From NCBI GenBank assembly GCA_963793265.1, contig CAWBZI010000004.1, forward strand, positions 1 to 64,000: DNA of 64,000 nucleotides, given 5' to 3'. The position numbers were made by a program, and so were the translations under genes. Position 1 is the stretch's first letter. The number at the start of each line of letters is the position of its first letter. This DNA comes from an uncultured cyanobacterium. Its GTDB lineage: Bacteria > Cyanobacteriota > Cyanobacteriia > Phormidesmidales > Phormidesmidaceae. Positions 1-9,395 of the stretch are shown here, one piece after another. The notes under the pieces were generated by a model that ran no database searches, had not been told where the DNA came from, and saw nothing but the letters and a program-made list of their open reading frames with translations.

Positions 1-605
1 TAGGGCATTAAGATGCCACGCAGTTCGCCGCCTCTATTTTTGGTGGTGTGAATGTCTACATAGAGACGACCGTCCGCTAGGGCCTGCATTTGCTCAGACG
101 TGAGGGTGTATTCTCCCATCGCACTGCCTTCTTTGTTGTTATTGTCTAGCATGACATCTAGAGCATATTGAAAGGGGCCATTTTCGTTGGGGCTGCCCTG
201 GTGAATATGAAAGGCGGAGGTGATGCTGGTATTGGGTGGATTAACGGGGTCGGCCGCATAGTTGCGTGGCGAGCTAGACAGATTTTTGAAGCTGCCTCGA
301 ACGACCAGTCGATTGCCTGACATCGCTGCACCGACCGCGCCGCGAGCCATTGTCTTCGGAGAATTGGGTACAACATTGGCTTCGCTCATAACCGCAACAT
401 AGGATGTTATCGGCCTATTAGAGCCTTGAGCCACAAGTACTGCTTGAGCTTGCTGTACGGTGACATCTGCTTGACCTAGAAAAATATTGTTAGGAGAGAA
501 GGCTGCGTCAGCTCGATTCCAAGTAGACGTAAATGAACCTGTTATTAATAGGCAGGTGAGGGTGCTCATGAGTAAGAGCCGCATCGTTTTTGTGATGTTG
601 CGCAT
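1..605 (-). CDS. CHRD domain-containing secreted protein (3' end at or beyond the window edge)
   Basis: Absent from the ORF track. Manual translation from ATG at 605 is open to position 1: signal-like N-terminus MRNITKTMRLLLMSTLTCLLITG, then CHRD motifs AFHIHQG..ENGP and LYVDIHTTKNRGGELRG. Confidence 0.85.
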   Translation of the reverse strand, partial: MRNITKTMRLLLMSTLTCLLITGSFTSTWNRADAAFSPNNIFLGQADVTVQQAQAVLVAQGSNRPITSYVAVMSEANVVPNSPKTMARGAVGAAMSGNRLVVRGSFKNLSSSPRNYAADPVNPPNTSITSAFHIHQGSPNENGPFQYALDVMLDNNNKEGSAMGEYTLTSEQMQALADGRLYVDIHTTKNRGGELRGILMP

Positions 606-786
606 AGGATTTCCTTGATTGAGAAATAGGTTTTTAGTGAGAAGGCTCTGTCGTTTGCAGGGCTACTCTTAGTACGGTGGCGGGGCCAGTTCGGATTTGG
701 CATAAAGCCAAGCAGGTTACAGAAAAAGAGACTTTATTGTTACGGCGAATAGTTCTTTTGTGAGCTTGGAAGATATCAGCAGGCAA

Positions 787-794
787 GCGATCGC
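787..794. repeat. HIP1 palindrome GCGATCGC (example; dispersed throughout the window)
   Basis: The octamer recurs dozens of times in coding and intergenic DNA. Confidence 0.95.
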
Positions 795-887
795 CCTCCT
801 GAGAGTGACGGTTCCTCGGTCTATCGCTACCAATGCCTCAAACCCAGTACAGTAAAACCAGTTGTACTTCTCGCTCGGGCTTACGTG

Positions 888-1517
888 ATGAATCGTCCTC
901 GCATTCTAGAGCCACAGACTAGCTACACGTTCAGCAAATATTTTGAGCTGACCTTCGATGCAGAAGATGTGTTTGCTGAATTGGACTGCGGATTTGAACG
1001 GGTCACTTTAGACCTACCGCAATTTTCTAAGCCTATTGACTTCAAAGATGAGCTATATAACCGTCTGCAAACAGCTTTGAAAGTGACTAATTTGATGAGT
1101 GAAATGGCGCGGCGAGAGGCGCTGATTGCACCGATTTTGTTTGCAGTCTGTGGTCATATTGAGCAAGAGCTAAAAATTGAATACCGGATCGAGGTCAGCC
1201 CTCAGCTTAAAGGAACGCTTGATTACTACATTCCGAGTCCGCAAAATCTGCTGGTGATAGAAGCTAAGAACGCGGATTTAGGAAGAGGGTTTACGCAGCT
1301 TGGTGCTGAGATGATTGCGCTAGATAAATGGACGCAGCAAGATACACCAGTTATCTATGGCGCAGTGACGACAGGTGATAGCTGGCGATTCGGTCAGTTT
1401 CTTCGCGCTGAACGAAAAATTTTGCAAGATACCAAGCTCTACAGCATTCCGCTGGAGCTTGAAAAGCTGCTGTCGGTGCTGCTAGGAATTATTCGACCTG
1501 ATCCGGTTGTGGCTTAG
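888..1517 (+). CDS. PD-(D/E)XK restriction-endonuclease-like protein (HsdR N-terminal-like cyanobacterial family)
   Basis: Motifs GTLDY...VIEAK, QLGAEM and YGAVTTGDSWRF. GTG 885 or ATG 888 start. Confidence 0.7.
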   Translation: MNRPRILEPQTSYTFSKYFELTFDAEDVFAELDCGFERVTLDLPQFSKPIDFKDELYNRLQTALKVTNLMSEMARREALIAPILFAVCGHIEQELKIEYRIEVSPQLKGTLDYYIPSPQNLLVIEAKNADLGRGFTQLGAEMIALDKWTQQDTPVIYGAVTTGDSWRFGQFLRAERKILQDTKLYSIPLELEKLLSVLLGIIRPDPVVA

Positions 1518-1659
1518 TCTGTGCAAGCCTTTTCTCTGATTCATTCCTGAGAGAATCCGAGTTTCATCAGTGCACAGGTTCCCCGCTATACTGCTCTAAG
1601 CCCTGAGCGCGTTGAGTGATGTAGCTCAAAGCACCCTTCTTCTGTGCTGAACCGAACCT

Positions 1660-2229
1660 ATGACAGGATCTAGCCCGCAACCGCCCCGCCCACAGCCGCC
1701 GCGTCCGCCCCGCGTCGTCAAGCGCCGTCGAAGCAGTCGAGGGGCGATACCTTGGGCCTTGGCGATCGCGCTTTTTGTCGTGTACGTGCTGATTGGGCTG
1801 CTGCTGTCGGTACCGGCTCCGCCCGTTTGGGTTTGGATACCAGCGGCGATTGGAACGGTGCTGTTGAGCTTGGGCCTGAACCGGCCTGTGGTGCCTGGGA
1901 AGCGGCGAGATGGCGTAAGACTTCTTGCCTATTTGGGCGCTTTGCTGTTGGTGGTGGCGCTGGCGGTTGCAACTAACTACATCGGTAGCGGCGAAAGCTT
2001 TGACAATGCTCGCTTTTTTCTGGCTATCTTCTTTTTAGGCTTGCTGATGCTGCTAGCTGTAGTGCTTACGGCAGTTGCCACTATTGTAAATGCGCAAACG
2101 GGCTCGCGTTTGATGCAAACTATGTCCTACGGTCGTAGTCTCACGATGGTGCTAGGCACTTGTTTGGGTGGGCTTTTGATAGGCGGGCTTGCGGGCTTTT
2201 TAACGCTGACGGCGACAACCGGCAGTTGA
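1660..2229 (+). CDS. hypothetical membrane protein
   Basis: Pro/Arg-rich N-terminus, about 5 hydrophobic segments, 13 bp upstream of the Hsp70-like gene. Confidence 0.7.
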   Translation: MTGSSPQPPRPQPPRPPRVVKRRRSSRGAIPWALAIALFVVYVLIGLLLSVPAPPVWVWIPAAIGTVLLSLGLNRPVVPGKRRDGVRLLAYLGALLLVVALAVATNYIGSGESFDNARFFLAIFFLGLLMLLAVVLTAVATIVNAQTGSRLMQTMSYGRSLTMVLGTCLGGLLIGGLAGFLTLTATTGS

Positions 2230-2242
2230 GGATAGATTTGCT

Positions 2243-3856
2243 ATGTATGCCATCGATTTTGGTACGAGTAACACGGTAATTACTCGCTGGAATGCTGCTA
2301 CTGAAGTGCCTGAGACGGTTTCGCTGCCGGGGCTATCGGCTCAGATTAAAGGCAATCCGCCGCTGGTACCTAGCTTGCTTTATGTTGAGCGGGCGGCTAA
2401 AGCGGTGGGTGAATTTGAGGCGATAGCTGGACAAACCGTACGCGATCGCGGCCTCGATCTCTCTACTGACCCCCGCTTCTTCCGCAACTTCAAGCGCGGT
2501 ATTGGATCGCCAGTGCAGGGGTTTATCCCTGAGCTAGACGGCCATTTCCTTTCATTCGAGCAGATTGGAAGCTGTTTTTTGCGCCGGGTTATCACCAAGC
2601 TGAAGGCGCAGGATCCGGCGTTTGATTCACTGGTGTTTACGGTGCCAGTGGATAGTTTTGAGGCTTACCGGCTGTGGCTGACGGAGGTGTGTCAGTCGTT
2701 AGATATTGAGCAGGTGCGGCTGTTAGATGAGCCAACGGCGGCGGCTTTGGGCTATCAGCTTGGGCCACAGGAGCGGACGCTGCTGGTGGTGGATTTTGGC
2801 GGTGGAACGCTGGATTTTTCGCTGGTGCAGCCGGAGCTGACGGCGGCAAATCCGCTGGGATTTTTGCTGAAGTGGGGGCAAAAGTCGCTGCCTCAGCAGG
2901 GGGCCGGGGCTAGCAGACAAAGGGCAAAGACGGTGCGGGTGCTGGCGAAAGCGGGTGAGAATTTGGGCGGGTCTGATATTGACCGCTGGCTAGCTGAGTA
3001 TTTTGCTGAGACTCAGGATCTGCCGATTACGCCAGTGACGCTGCGGCTAGTGGAGCGACTAAAGATTGCGCTCTCTGGGGCTGAGTCTGCAGCAGAGGCG
3101 TATTTTGATGAGGAAACGCTGGATAGCTACGAGCTGAAGATGGATCGCGATCGCTTTGAGGCAATTTTGACCGAACAGGGTTTTTTCGATCGGCTAGATG
3201 GCCGGTTAGAACAGGTGCTTCAGCAGGGAGCGCGCCAGAACATTAGTGCTCAAGATATTGATGCGGTGCTCTTAGTCGGCGGGACAGCCCAGATTCCAGC
3301 TGTTAAAAGCTGGGTAGCGCGCCACTTTGCACCTGAGAAAATTAGAAGCGATCGCCCGTTCGAGGCTGTAGCCCAGGGTGCGCTGAGCCTTAGCACTACC
3401 AAACTTCAAGACTTTCTCTACCACGGCTATGGCATTCGCTATTGGGATCGCAAAACCAATGCCCACGGCTGGCATCCGATAATTCAGCAGGGGCAAGCCT
3501 ACCCTACCACCGAACCTATTGAGCTTTTTCTGGGCGCTTCGAGCGAAAAGCAGCCTAGTATTGAGCTGATTTTAGGTGAGCTGGGTGAAGCGCAGACGAC
3601 GACGGAAGTTTATTTTGAGGGCGATCAGCTGGTGACGCGTCAGTCGGGAGCTGGTGGTGGCCCTGCGGTGAAAGCGCTGAATGACAGAGAGGGGGCGCGG
3701 ACGATTGCGACACTGACGCCACTGGGGTTTCCGGGGAGCGATCGCATTCGTATCTTGCTCAGTATTGATAGCCAGCGCTTTTTGCGAATGACGGTAGAAG
3801 ATTTGCTAACGACCGAGACGCTGATGAATGAGCAGGTTGTTGTTCAACTTTCCTAG
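2243..3856 (+). CDS. Hsp70-family protein (short, DnaK-like)
   Basis: AIDFGTSNT, EPTAAA, VDFGGGTLD, LGGSDID and LVGGTAQIP motifs. Lacks the C-terminal lid. Confidence 0.9.
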   Translation: MYAIDFGTSNTVITRWNAATEVPETVSLPGLSAQIKGNPPLVPSLLYVERAAKAVGEFEAIAGQTVRDRGLDLSTDPRFFRNFKRGIGSPVQGFIPELDGHFLSFEQIGSCFLRRVITKLKAQDPAFDSLVFTVPVDSFEAYRLWLTEVCQSLDIEQVRLLDEPTAAALGYQLGPQERTLLVVDFGGGTLDFSLVQPELTAANPLGFLLKWGQKSLPQQGAGASRQRAKTVRVLAKAGENLGGSDIDRWLAEYFAETQDLPITPVTLRLVERLKIALSGAESAAEAYFDEETLDSYELKMDRDRFEAILTEQGFFDRLDGRLEQVLQQGARQNISAQDIDAVLLVGGTAQIPAVKSWVARHFAPEKIRSDRPFEAVAQGALSLSTTKLQDFLYHGYGIRYWDRKTNAHGWHPIIQQGQAYPTTEPIELFLGASSEKQPSIELILGELGEAQTTTEVYFEGDQLVTRQSGAGGGPAVKALNDREGARTIATLTPLGFPGSDRIRILLSIDSQRFLRMTVEDLLTTETLMNEQVVVQLS

Positions 3857-3874
3857 CCATCGTCCTCACGATGG
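3857..3874. terminator. hairpin between convergent genes
   Basis: CCATCGT-cctc-ACGATGG directly after the Hsp70 stop. Confidence 0.4.
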
Positions 3875-3893
3875 GGTTCTAAGTTGCGCTACG

Positions 3894-4598
3894 TTATGGC
3901 AGACCTTCATCAAAGAGGTCGGGCGCTTCCTCTTCTTCAGGTGCGACTAGCTCGTCCAAAACGTCTTGCGTTGCTTTCTCAGAACTTGCTTCTAATCTCA
4001 TCACAATGAAAGCCTGCGTTGCAATTAGCACCACCAGGAACAAAATGCCAGAGACGATAAAGCTCATCCGGGTAGACGGGATGCTTTGGCCCAAGGCGTA
4101 GAGGGCGAATGAGAAGATTGCTGAGACGAATATTTTAGAGATTAGCGGCATCGCCAGTGCTGACCAGCAGAGTGCGACTAAGATTGCTGTGAAGTAAAGG
4201 GCTAGCAACACAACATGCACCCGGCTGGCGTAAATTGCCTGCCTGCTGGTTCTGGAGCGGGCAAAGGGTAGGGCGGCTGGATTGCTGGCAGCGCTGAGGC
4301 CATCGAGCGCTGTGAATAGCAGTGCAGGTAGGGTACTAATTAAGACGATGAGCCACGGGGCCGGAATGAATGAATCGCGTCCGGCTGCGCTGCTGGCTAG
4401 CTCGGCAGGCATGGTGACTGCGCCGATGGCAGTGCTAAAGAGTAAGCCGATTAGAAAAGAGACGAAGATTAGAAAAACATCAACGCCCAGAGATTGCCGA
4501 GCAGCGGCACCAAGATCTCTCTGCTGAGCGACGGCAGGGGTAAACCCTGAGAGCGGCTGGGCAGATATGTCGACTGTCTGGGGGGGAGAATTTCTCAT
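3894..4598 (-). CDS. hypothetical membrane protein
   Basis: 234 aa, about 5 hydrophobic helices, acidic tail. Confidence 0.65.
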   Translation of the reverse strand: MRNSPPQTVDISAQPLSGFTPAVAQQRDLGAAARQSLGVDVFLIFVSFLIGLLFSTAIGAVTMPAELASSAAGRDSFIPAPWLIVLISTLPALLFTALDGLSAASNPAALPFARSRTSRQAIYASRVHVVLLALYFTAILVALCWSALAMPLISKIFVSAIFSFALYALGQSIPSTRMSFIVSGILFLVVLIATQAFIVMRLEASSEKATQDVLDELVAPEEEEAPDLFDEGLP

Positions 4599-5150
4599 AG
4601 CTGGGCACCTATTTCGGATGTGTGGCCTTTGTGTTGACCATGGTACAGGATGTAAAAAACGTCACTCGTTCTTAGCGGATGTCTACGGATTGTTTCTTGG
4701 TTATTTTTCTTGATTATTTTTTAGGGGTGCTGTCTGAGATATGTTTTTAGCGCCGCTTTTTGAGAATGTGAATGCGTTTTTGTAGATGTGTCAGCCCTTA
4801 GAGATCGCAACTTTGAATGATGGAAATAATCAACTTATCAAGTATTAATGATACGTATAGATCATTGCCATTTCAGGTTGCGACTAAGCTACAAATAGCA
4901 ATCTCTCAGTAGATTTGATAGCGTCAGCGCGCCAAGTTTACGAAGAATATATGTTTTTATGGCCGATATACGGAGATCTTTGTCTGTTGCTAACAACTAA
5001 GCTAGATCTTCTACCGATGCGCTATCTTCTCAAACCGTGTGATTACGCATAACCTTTGTCCTCATAGGATAGAAACTACATACTTCTAACGTAATATCTT
5101 TTTGCCTGCTTCACGTTTGACCTATTTTTACTCTTTTGGAGAAAGCACCT

Positions 5151-7133
5151 GTGAGCCCGACTCAAACACCGACGCCTACGCACATCAATAGCAGCCCTGT
5201 GAACGCTATGCAGGTAGAAGATACGGCGATCTGGCGCGTTGACGATAGTGAGGAGCTTTATCGGATTAAAGGATGGGGCGAGCCTTATTTCTCAATTAAT
5301 GCAGCGGGCAATATTACGGTGTCTCCTCAGGGCGATCGCGGTGGCTCGTTAGATCTTAAAAAGCTGGTAGACGGCCTGAAACAGCGTGATTTTCAACTGC
5401 CTTTGCTGATTCGCTTTTCGGAGATACTAGAAGATCGGCTAGAGCGGATTAATGCCTGCTTTGCTCAGGCGATCGCCCGCTATAGCTACGAAGGTGTGTA
5501 CCAGGGCGTTTTCCCGGTCAAATGCAATCAGCAGCGGCATATTGTCGAAGATTTGGTGCGCTTTGGTAAGTCGTATCAGTTTGGGTTAGAGGCGGGCACG
5601 AAGCCGGAGCTGATGATTGCGATGGCGAGCTTGAATACGCCGGGGGCGTTGATTATTTGTAACGGCTACAAGGATGATTCGTATGTTGAAACGGCGATGC
5701 TGGGGCAGCGCTTGGGGCAAAAGACGATAATCGTTTTGGAGCAGGTGGAGGAGGTGGATGTGGCGATCGCGGCCAGTCAGCGGTTGGGCATTAAGCCGGT
5801 ATTAGGCGTACGGGCAAAGCTGGCGGCAAAAGGCTCGGGGCGCTGGGGCGATAGTGCAGGCGATAGAGCAAAATTTGGCCTGAGCATTCCTGAAATTATG
5901 ACCGTGATTGAAAAGCTTCAGGCGGTAGATATGCTTGAGTGCCTTCAGCTTTTGCACTTTCATATCGGCTCTCAGGTGTCTGCGATTAGCGTGATTAAAG
6001 ATGCGCTGCGGGAGGCTTGCCAGATTTATGTAGAGCTGGTTAAGCTCGGTGCGCCGATGGGCTATTTGGACGTGGGCGGCGGTTTGGGTGTGGATTATGA
6101 CGGCTCTAAAACCAGCTCTCAGGGATCTAAGAACTACAGCATTCAAAACTACGCGAATGATGTGGTTGCTGAGGTGAAGGATGCCTGTAGCGCTAGAGAG
6201 GTACCGATGCCGACGCTGGTGAGTGAAAGTGGACGTGCGATCGCTTCTCACCAATCTGTCTTAATCTTTGACGTACTGGGTACCAGTGAGGCGAGCTACA
6301 GCGAACCTGAGCCATACCAGGAGGGTGAGCATCGCCTGGTGCGCGAGCTTTGGGATGTGTACAACGCGATTAACGAGGAGCATTACCAAGAAGCGTTTAA
6401 CGACGCGGTTCAGTTCAAAAAAGAAGCGGCGAGCCTGTTTAACTTTAGCTATTTGCGCCTAGCTGAACGCGCGCGAGTGGAGCGGCTGTATTGGGCCTGC
6501 TGCAAAAAGATCGTGACGCTACTGCGCGATCAGGATTACATTCCCGAGGAGCTAGAGCACTTAGAAAAAAGTATGGCCTCTATTTACTACGCCAATATGT
6601 CTCTTTTCCAATCAGCGCTTGATAGCTGGGCGATTGAGCAGCTTTTCCCCGTCCTGCCAATCCACCGGCTCAACGAAGAACCGACGCAACGGGCCACCCT
6701 AGCTGATTTAACCTGTGACAGCGATGGTAAAATTGCTCGCTTCATTGGCCCTAAAGGACAAAAGGACGTGCTAGAGCTTCATTCGCTAAAGCCGGGCGAG
6801 CCTTACTACTTAGGCATGTTTTTAATGGGTGCCTATCAGGAGACGCTGGGCAACTTGCACAATCTTTTTGGCAACACCAATACGGTGCACATCCACCTAG
6901 CTTCCAAGGCCAGATCTCAGCAGGGCTACACTATCGAGCATGTGGTACGCGGCAATACGACCGATGAAGTGTTGGAGCAGGTGCAGTACGACCCGGAAGA
7001 CATGATCGAACAGATTCGGCGGCGATCTGAGCAGGCATTGCAGGCCGGACAAATTACGATTGAAGAGGCGCGTAAGCTGATGGCGAACTACAAAGCCGGT
7101 ATGGACAACTATACCTACCTGGCCGATTCCTGA
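5151..7133 (+). CDS. speA: biosynthetic arginine decarboxylase
   Basis: FPVKCNQ (PLP lysine), HFHIGSQ, DVGGGLGVDYDG, ESGRA, LTCDSDG and GAYQE motifs. Start uncertain (5136/5151/5208). Confidence 0.95.
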   Translation: MSPTQTPTPTHINSSPVNAMQVEDTAIWRVDDSEELYRIKGWGEPYFSINAAGNITVSPQGDRGGSLDLKKLVDGLKQRDFQLPLLIRFSEILEDRLERINACFAQAIARYSYEGVYQGVFPVKCNQQRHIVEDLVRFGKSYQFGLEAGTKPELMIAMASLNTPGALIICNGYKDDSYVETAMLGQRLGQKTIIVLEQVEEVDVAIAASQRLGIKPVLGVRAKLAAKGSGRWGDSAGDRAKFGLSIPEIMTVIEKLQAVDMLECLQLLHFHIGSQVSAISVIKDALREACQIYVELVKLGAPMGYLDVGGGLGVDYDGSKTSSQGSKNYSIQNYANDVVAEVKDACSAREVPMPTLVSESGRAIASHQSVLIFDVLGTSEASYSEPEPYQEGEHRLVRELWDVYNAINEEHYQEAFNDAVQFKKEAASLFNFSYLRLAERARVERLYWACCKKIVTLLRDQDYIPEELEHLEKSMASIYYANMSLFQSALDSWAIEQLFPVLPIHRLNEEPTQRATLADLTCDSDGKIARFIGPKGQKDVLELHSLKPGEPYYLGMFLMGAYQETLGNLHNLFGNTNTVHIHLASKARSQQGYTIEHVVRGNTTDEVLEQVQYDPEDMIEQIRRRSEQALQAGQITIEEARKLMANYKAGMDNYTYLADS

Positions 7134-7150
7134 TGTCTTGTATTCCCTGC

Positions 7151-7179
7151 GTAGGGGTATAGCATTGCTATGCTTCTAC
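7151..7179. repeat. GTAG-type REP-like palindrome
   Basis: GTAG-GGGTATAGC-ATT-GCTATGCTT-CTAC imperfect hairpin just after speA. Confidence 0.5.
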
Positions 7180-7213
7180 AGCGACTAGCTTGGTTGACGC
7201 AGGGGTTTAGTAC

Positions 7214-7382
7214 GTACCTGTTTAGCGTCAGTCGGTTGGTGGCTTAAGCTGCCGACCCACCCTGTCGCTGCGCGCCACCCCTCCGGCGGAGGGGAAACTG
7301 GCTGTGTTTTTAGAGGTACGGGACTTGGTTCTCTGTGGGAACCGTAAGGGAGGGGTTTCGATGTGTACGCTAAAGCAGGTAC
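7214..7382. repeat. short element bounded by inverted repeats (MITE/REP-like)
   Basis: GTACCTGTTTAGCGT (7214-7228) vs ACGCTAAAGCAGGTAC (7367-7382). Internal hairpin CCCCTCC-ggc-GGAGGGG at 7278-7294. Confidence 0.45.
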
Positions 7383-7383
7383 T

Positions 7384-8010
7384 TTAGCACGCTAACCAGT
7401 CTCTAAACCGCTTCAGAACAGCTAAGACGTGGTACAAATCGTTGCCGCGATTAAGCATTGAAAATAGATTGGACGTTGCGTACTGAGCCGTATTGCCCTG
7501 CTCTAGCTTAAGAAATAGAAACTCGCTGCCGTTTAAGATAACACCGAAAGACGGTTGTTCTTTATCGGGTGCAGCTAGCATGTACGCTAAGGTTTGTGGA
7601 ATTGCTTTAGTAACAGAGAATTCTGAATTCTTAGCTTCAATAGCAGTCACCCATAGCTGCCCCTGCACGACGACAACATCAATATATCCTTTGATGATCT
7701 CTCCCTCATCTTCTGCTGAAACGGCAATATTTGTCTCACCCTCCACCCGAAAAGGGGGCTCATAAAACCCCGCAAGATCCAGCAGTGGCGAAAGCACCAC
7801 CATTTTCACAATGCTCTCCATAACCGGATACTCTAGCAAATAAAGATAGTTACGCTTGATGCGGTCGAGCGTATGTTTCTCAGATTCGCTCACCTCTGGC
7901 AAATTATCTGCCCACTCAAAAAAGAACGCTTCATCCTGCGCTTGCTGTAGGCCAAACTTTGTTTTGAGATCGTGTAGCTTAACTTTTCTAGCAGCCGTTG
8001 TTTGAATCAT
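7384..8010 (-). CDS. type I restriction enzyme HsdR N-terminal-like (PD-(D/E)XK) protein
   Basis: GYIDVVV...AIEAK, PQTLAYM and GVILNGSEFLF motifs. ATG at 8010 overlaps the MATE stop (ATGA). Confidence 0.75.
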   Translation of the reverse strand: MIQTTAARKVKLHDLKTKFGLQQAQDEAFFFEWADNLPEVSESEKHTLDRIKRNYLYLLEYPVMESIVKMVVLSPLLDLAGFYEPPFRVEGETNIAVSAEDEGEIIKGYIDVVVVQGQLWVTAIEAKNSEFSVTKAIPQTLAYMLAAPDKEQPSFGVILNGSEFLFLKLEQGNTAQYATSNLFSMLNRGNDLYHVLAVLKRFRDWLAC

Positions 8011-9395
8011 AAGACAACTTTTTTGCGGGTGAGCTGATGAAAGCGCCATACGAAAATAATGCCGCCTACAGCAATTCCAGTGTACTGCCCAATCCATATG
8101 CCGATTGCGCCCCAACCGGCCCAAAAGCACAAAGCATAGCCACTGGTGAGGCCAATTCCCCAGTAGGCGATCGCACTCATAATCATCGGTACCCGCGTAT
8201 CTTGCAGGCCATACAAAGCACTCATCGCCACCCGCTGAACGCCGTCTACCATCTGTGCGAACACAGAAACTAGCAGTAGGTGCATGGCGAGTGTGATAAC
8301 AGGGGCATTCGTGGGATTTTGTAGGTCTATGAAGAGGCCGATGACGGGGTAGCGGAAGAGGAACAGGGCGATCGCACCAAAGAACAAAAATAAAGCGGCT
8401 GAGGCGATCGCAACATACCCCGCTCGCCTAGCGCTCACCAAATCTCCTTTCCCCAGCCACAGCCCGACTCTAGCCGTCACCGCAAAAGACATTCCCAGCG
8501 GCACCATAAAGATAAGTGCCATTGTCTGGAAGGCAATTTGGTGAGCGGCTAACACTTCAGTGCCTAAGCTGCCCGCCATGTAGCCAGCCGCCGAAAACAT
8601 GCCGATTTCGAGCGCCATTGTGACGGTAATTGGCAATCCGACCGCTAGCAGTTGCAACAAAACGGTTGGATCTAAGCGATGCCATCGCCGCCAAAAGCGG
8701 TAGCGGCTTAGCTGCGGGTGACGCAAAATGTAGCCCAGGAATAGCCCAAATATTAGCCACAGGCTCAAGCTGCTGCCTAGCCCTAATCCGGCAAGCCCCA
8801 TACGCGGAAAACCTAGCTTGCCGAAGCCCAAAACGTAGTTCAGTGCCACGTTACACGCAGTCCCAATTGCGACGATAACGGTGACTACTTTAGCAATCGA
8901 GAACGCTGACAAGTAGCCTCGCAGCATGGCGAATCCCAATGTCGGAAATATACCTGCCGACACCCATCTAAAATATTGAGGCGCTAGCTCAATCACCTCG
9001 CTTGGCTGTTGCAACAACTTTAGGACGGGCTCTGATCGCCAGCAAAACAAGCTCATAGGCACCGTCAACAGCAGTGATAGCCACAAACCCTGTCGGGCCA
9101 TTTGTTCAATCTGTTCTTTCTTGCCAGCGCCGTAGGCTTCTGCTGCGAGTACGCCGACAGACATCACAAAGCCGCCTAGAATCGTCAGCAGCATGTGAAA
9201 GGTGGTAGAAGCAAGACCGCCTGCGGCCAGGGTTTGAGTGTTCAGGTGGCCCATCATGATTGTGTCGATAAAGCCCACTGCGAACTGTGCAATTTGAGCG
9301 ATCGCTAAAGGAACCGCTAGATTTAAGAACGCTCGACTTTCTAAAACAATGCCAGATTTGATAGCGCTATGCCGGATTGACTTTAATCCATTCAT
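8007..9395 (-). CDS. MATE family efflux transporter (NorM-like)
   Basis: About 12 TM segments. LAVPLAIAQIAQ, DTIMMGH, LAAHQIA and GLQDTRVPM motifs. Confidence 0.92.
   Translation of the reverse strand: MNGLKSIRHSAIKSGIVLESRAFLNLAVPLAIAQIAQFAVGFIDTIMMGHLNTQTLAAGGLASTTFHMLLTILGGFVMSVGVLAAEAYGAGKKEQIEQMARQGLWLSLLLTVPMSLFCWRSEPVLKLLQQPSEVIELAPQYFRWVSAGIFPTLGFAMLRGYLSAFSIAKVVTVIVAIGTACNVALNYVLGFGKLGFPRMGLAGLGLGSSLSLWLIFGLFLGYILRHPQLSRYRFWRRWHRLDPTVLLQLLAVGLPITVTMALEIGMFSAAGYMAGSLGTEVLAAHQIAFQTMALIFMVPLGMSFAVTARVGLWLGKGDLVSARRAGYVAIASAALFLFFGAIALFLFRYPVIGLFIDLQNPTNAPVITLAMHLLLVSVFAQMVDGVQRVAMSALYGLQDTRVPMIMSAIAYWGIGLTSGYALCFWAGWGAIGIWIGQYTGIAVGGIIFVWRFHQLTRKKVVL

Noticed and set aside
158..376. 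72 aa ORF
   Set aside because: Off-frame within the CHRD gene.
846..870. LexA box upstream of the 888 gene
   Set aside because: AGTAC...GTACT half-sites are too far apart for the cyanobacterial consensus.
4842..4854. NtcA box upstream of speA
   Set aside because: GTA-N7-TAC has the wrong spacing.
8011..8130. N-terminal extension of the 7384 ORF
   Set aside because: It overlaps the MATE gene; ATG 8010 with ATGA coupling is more plausible.
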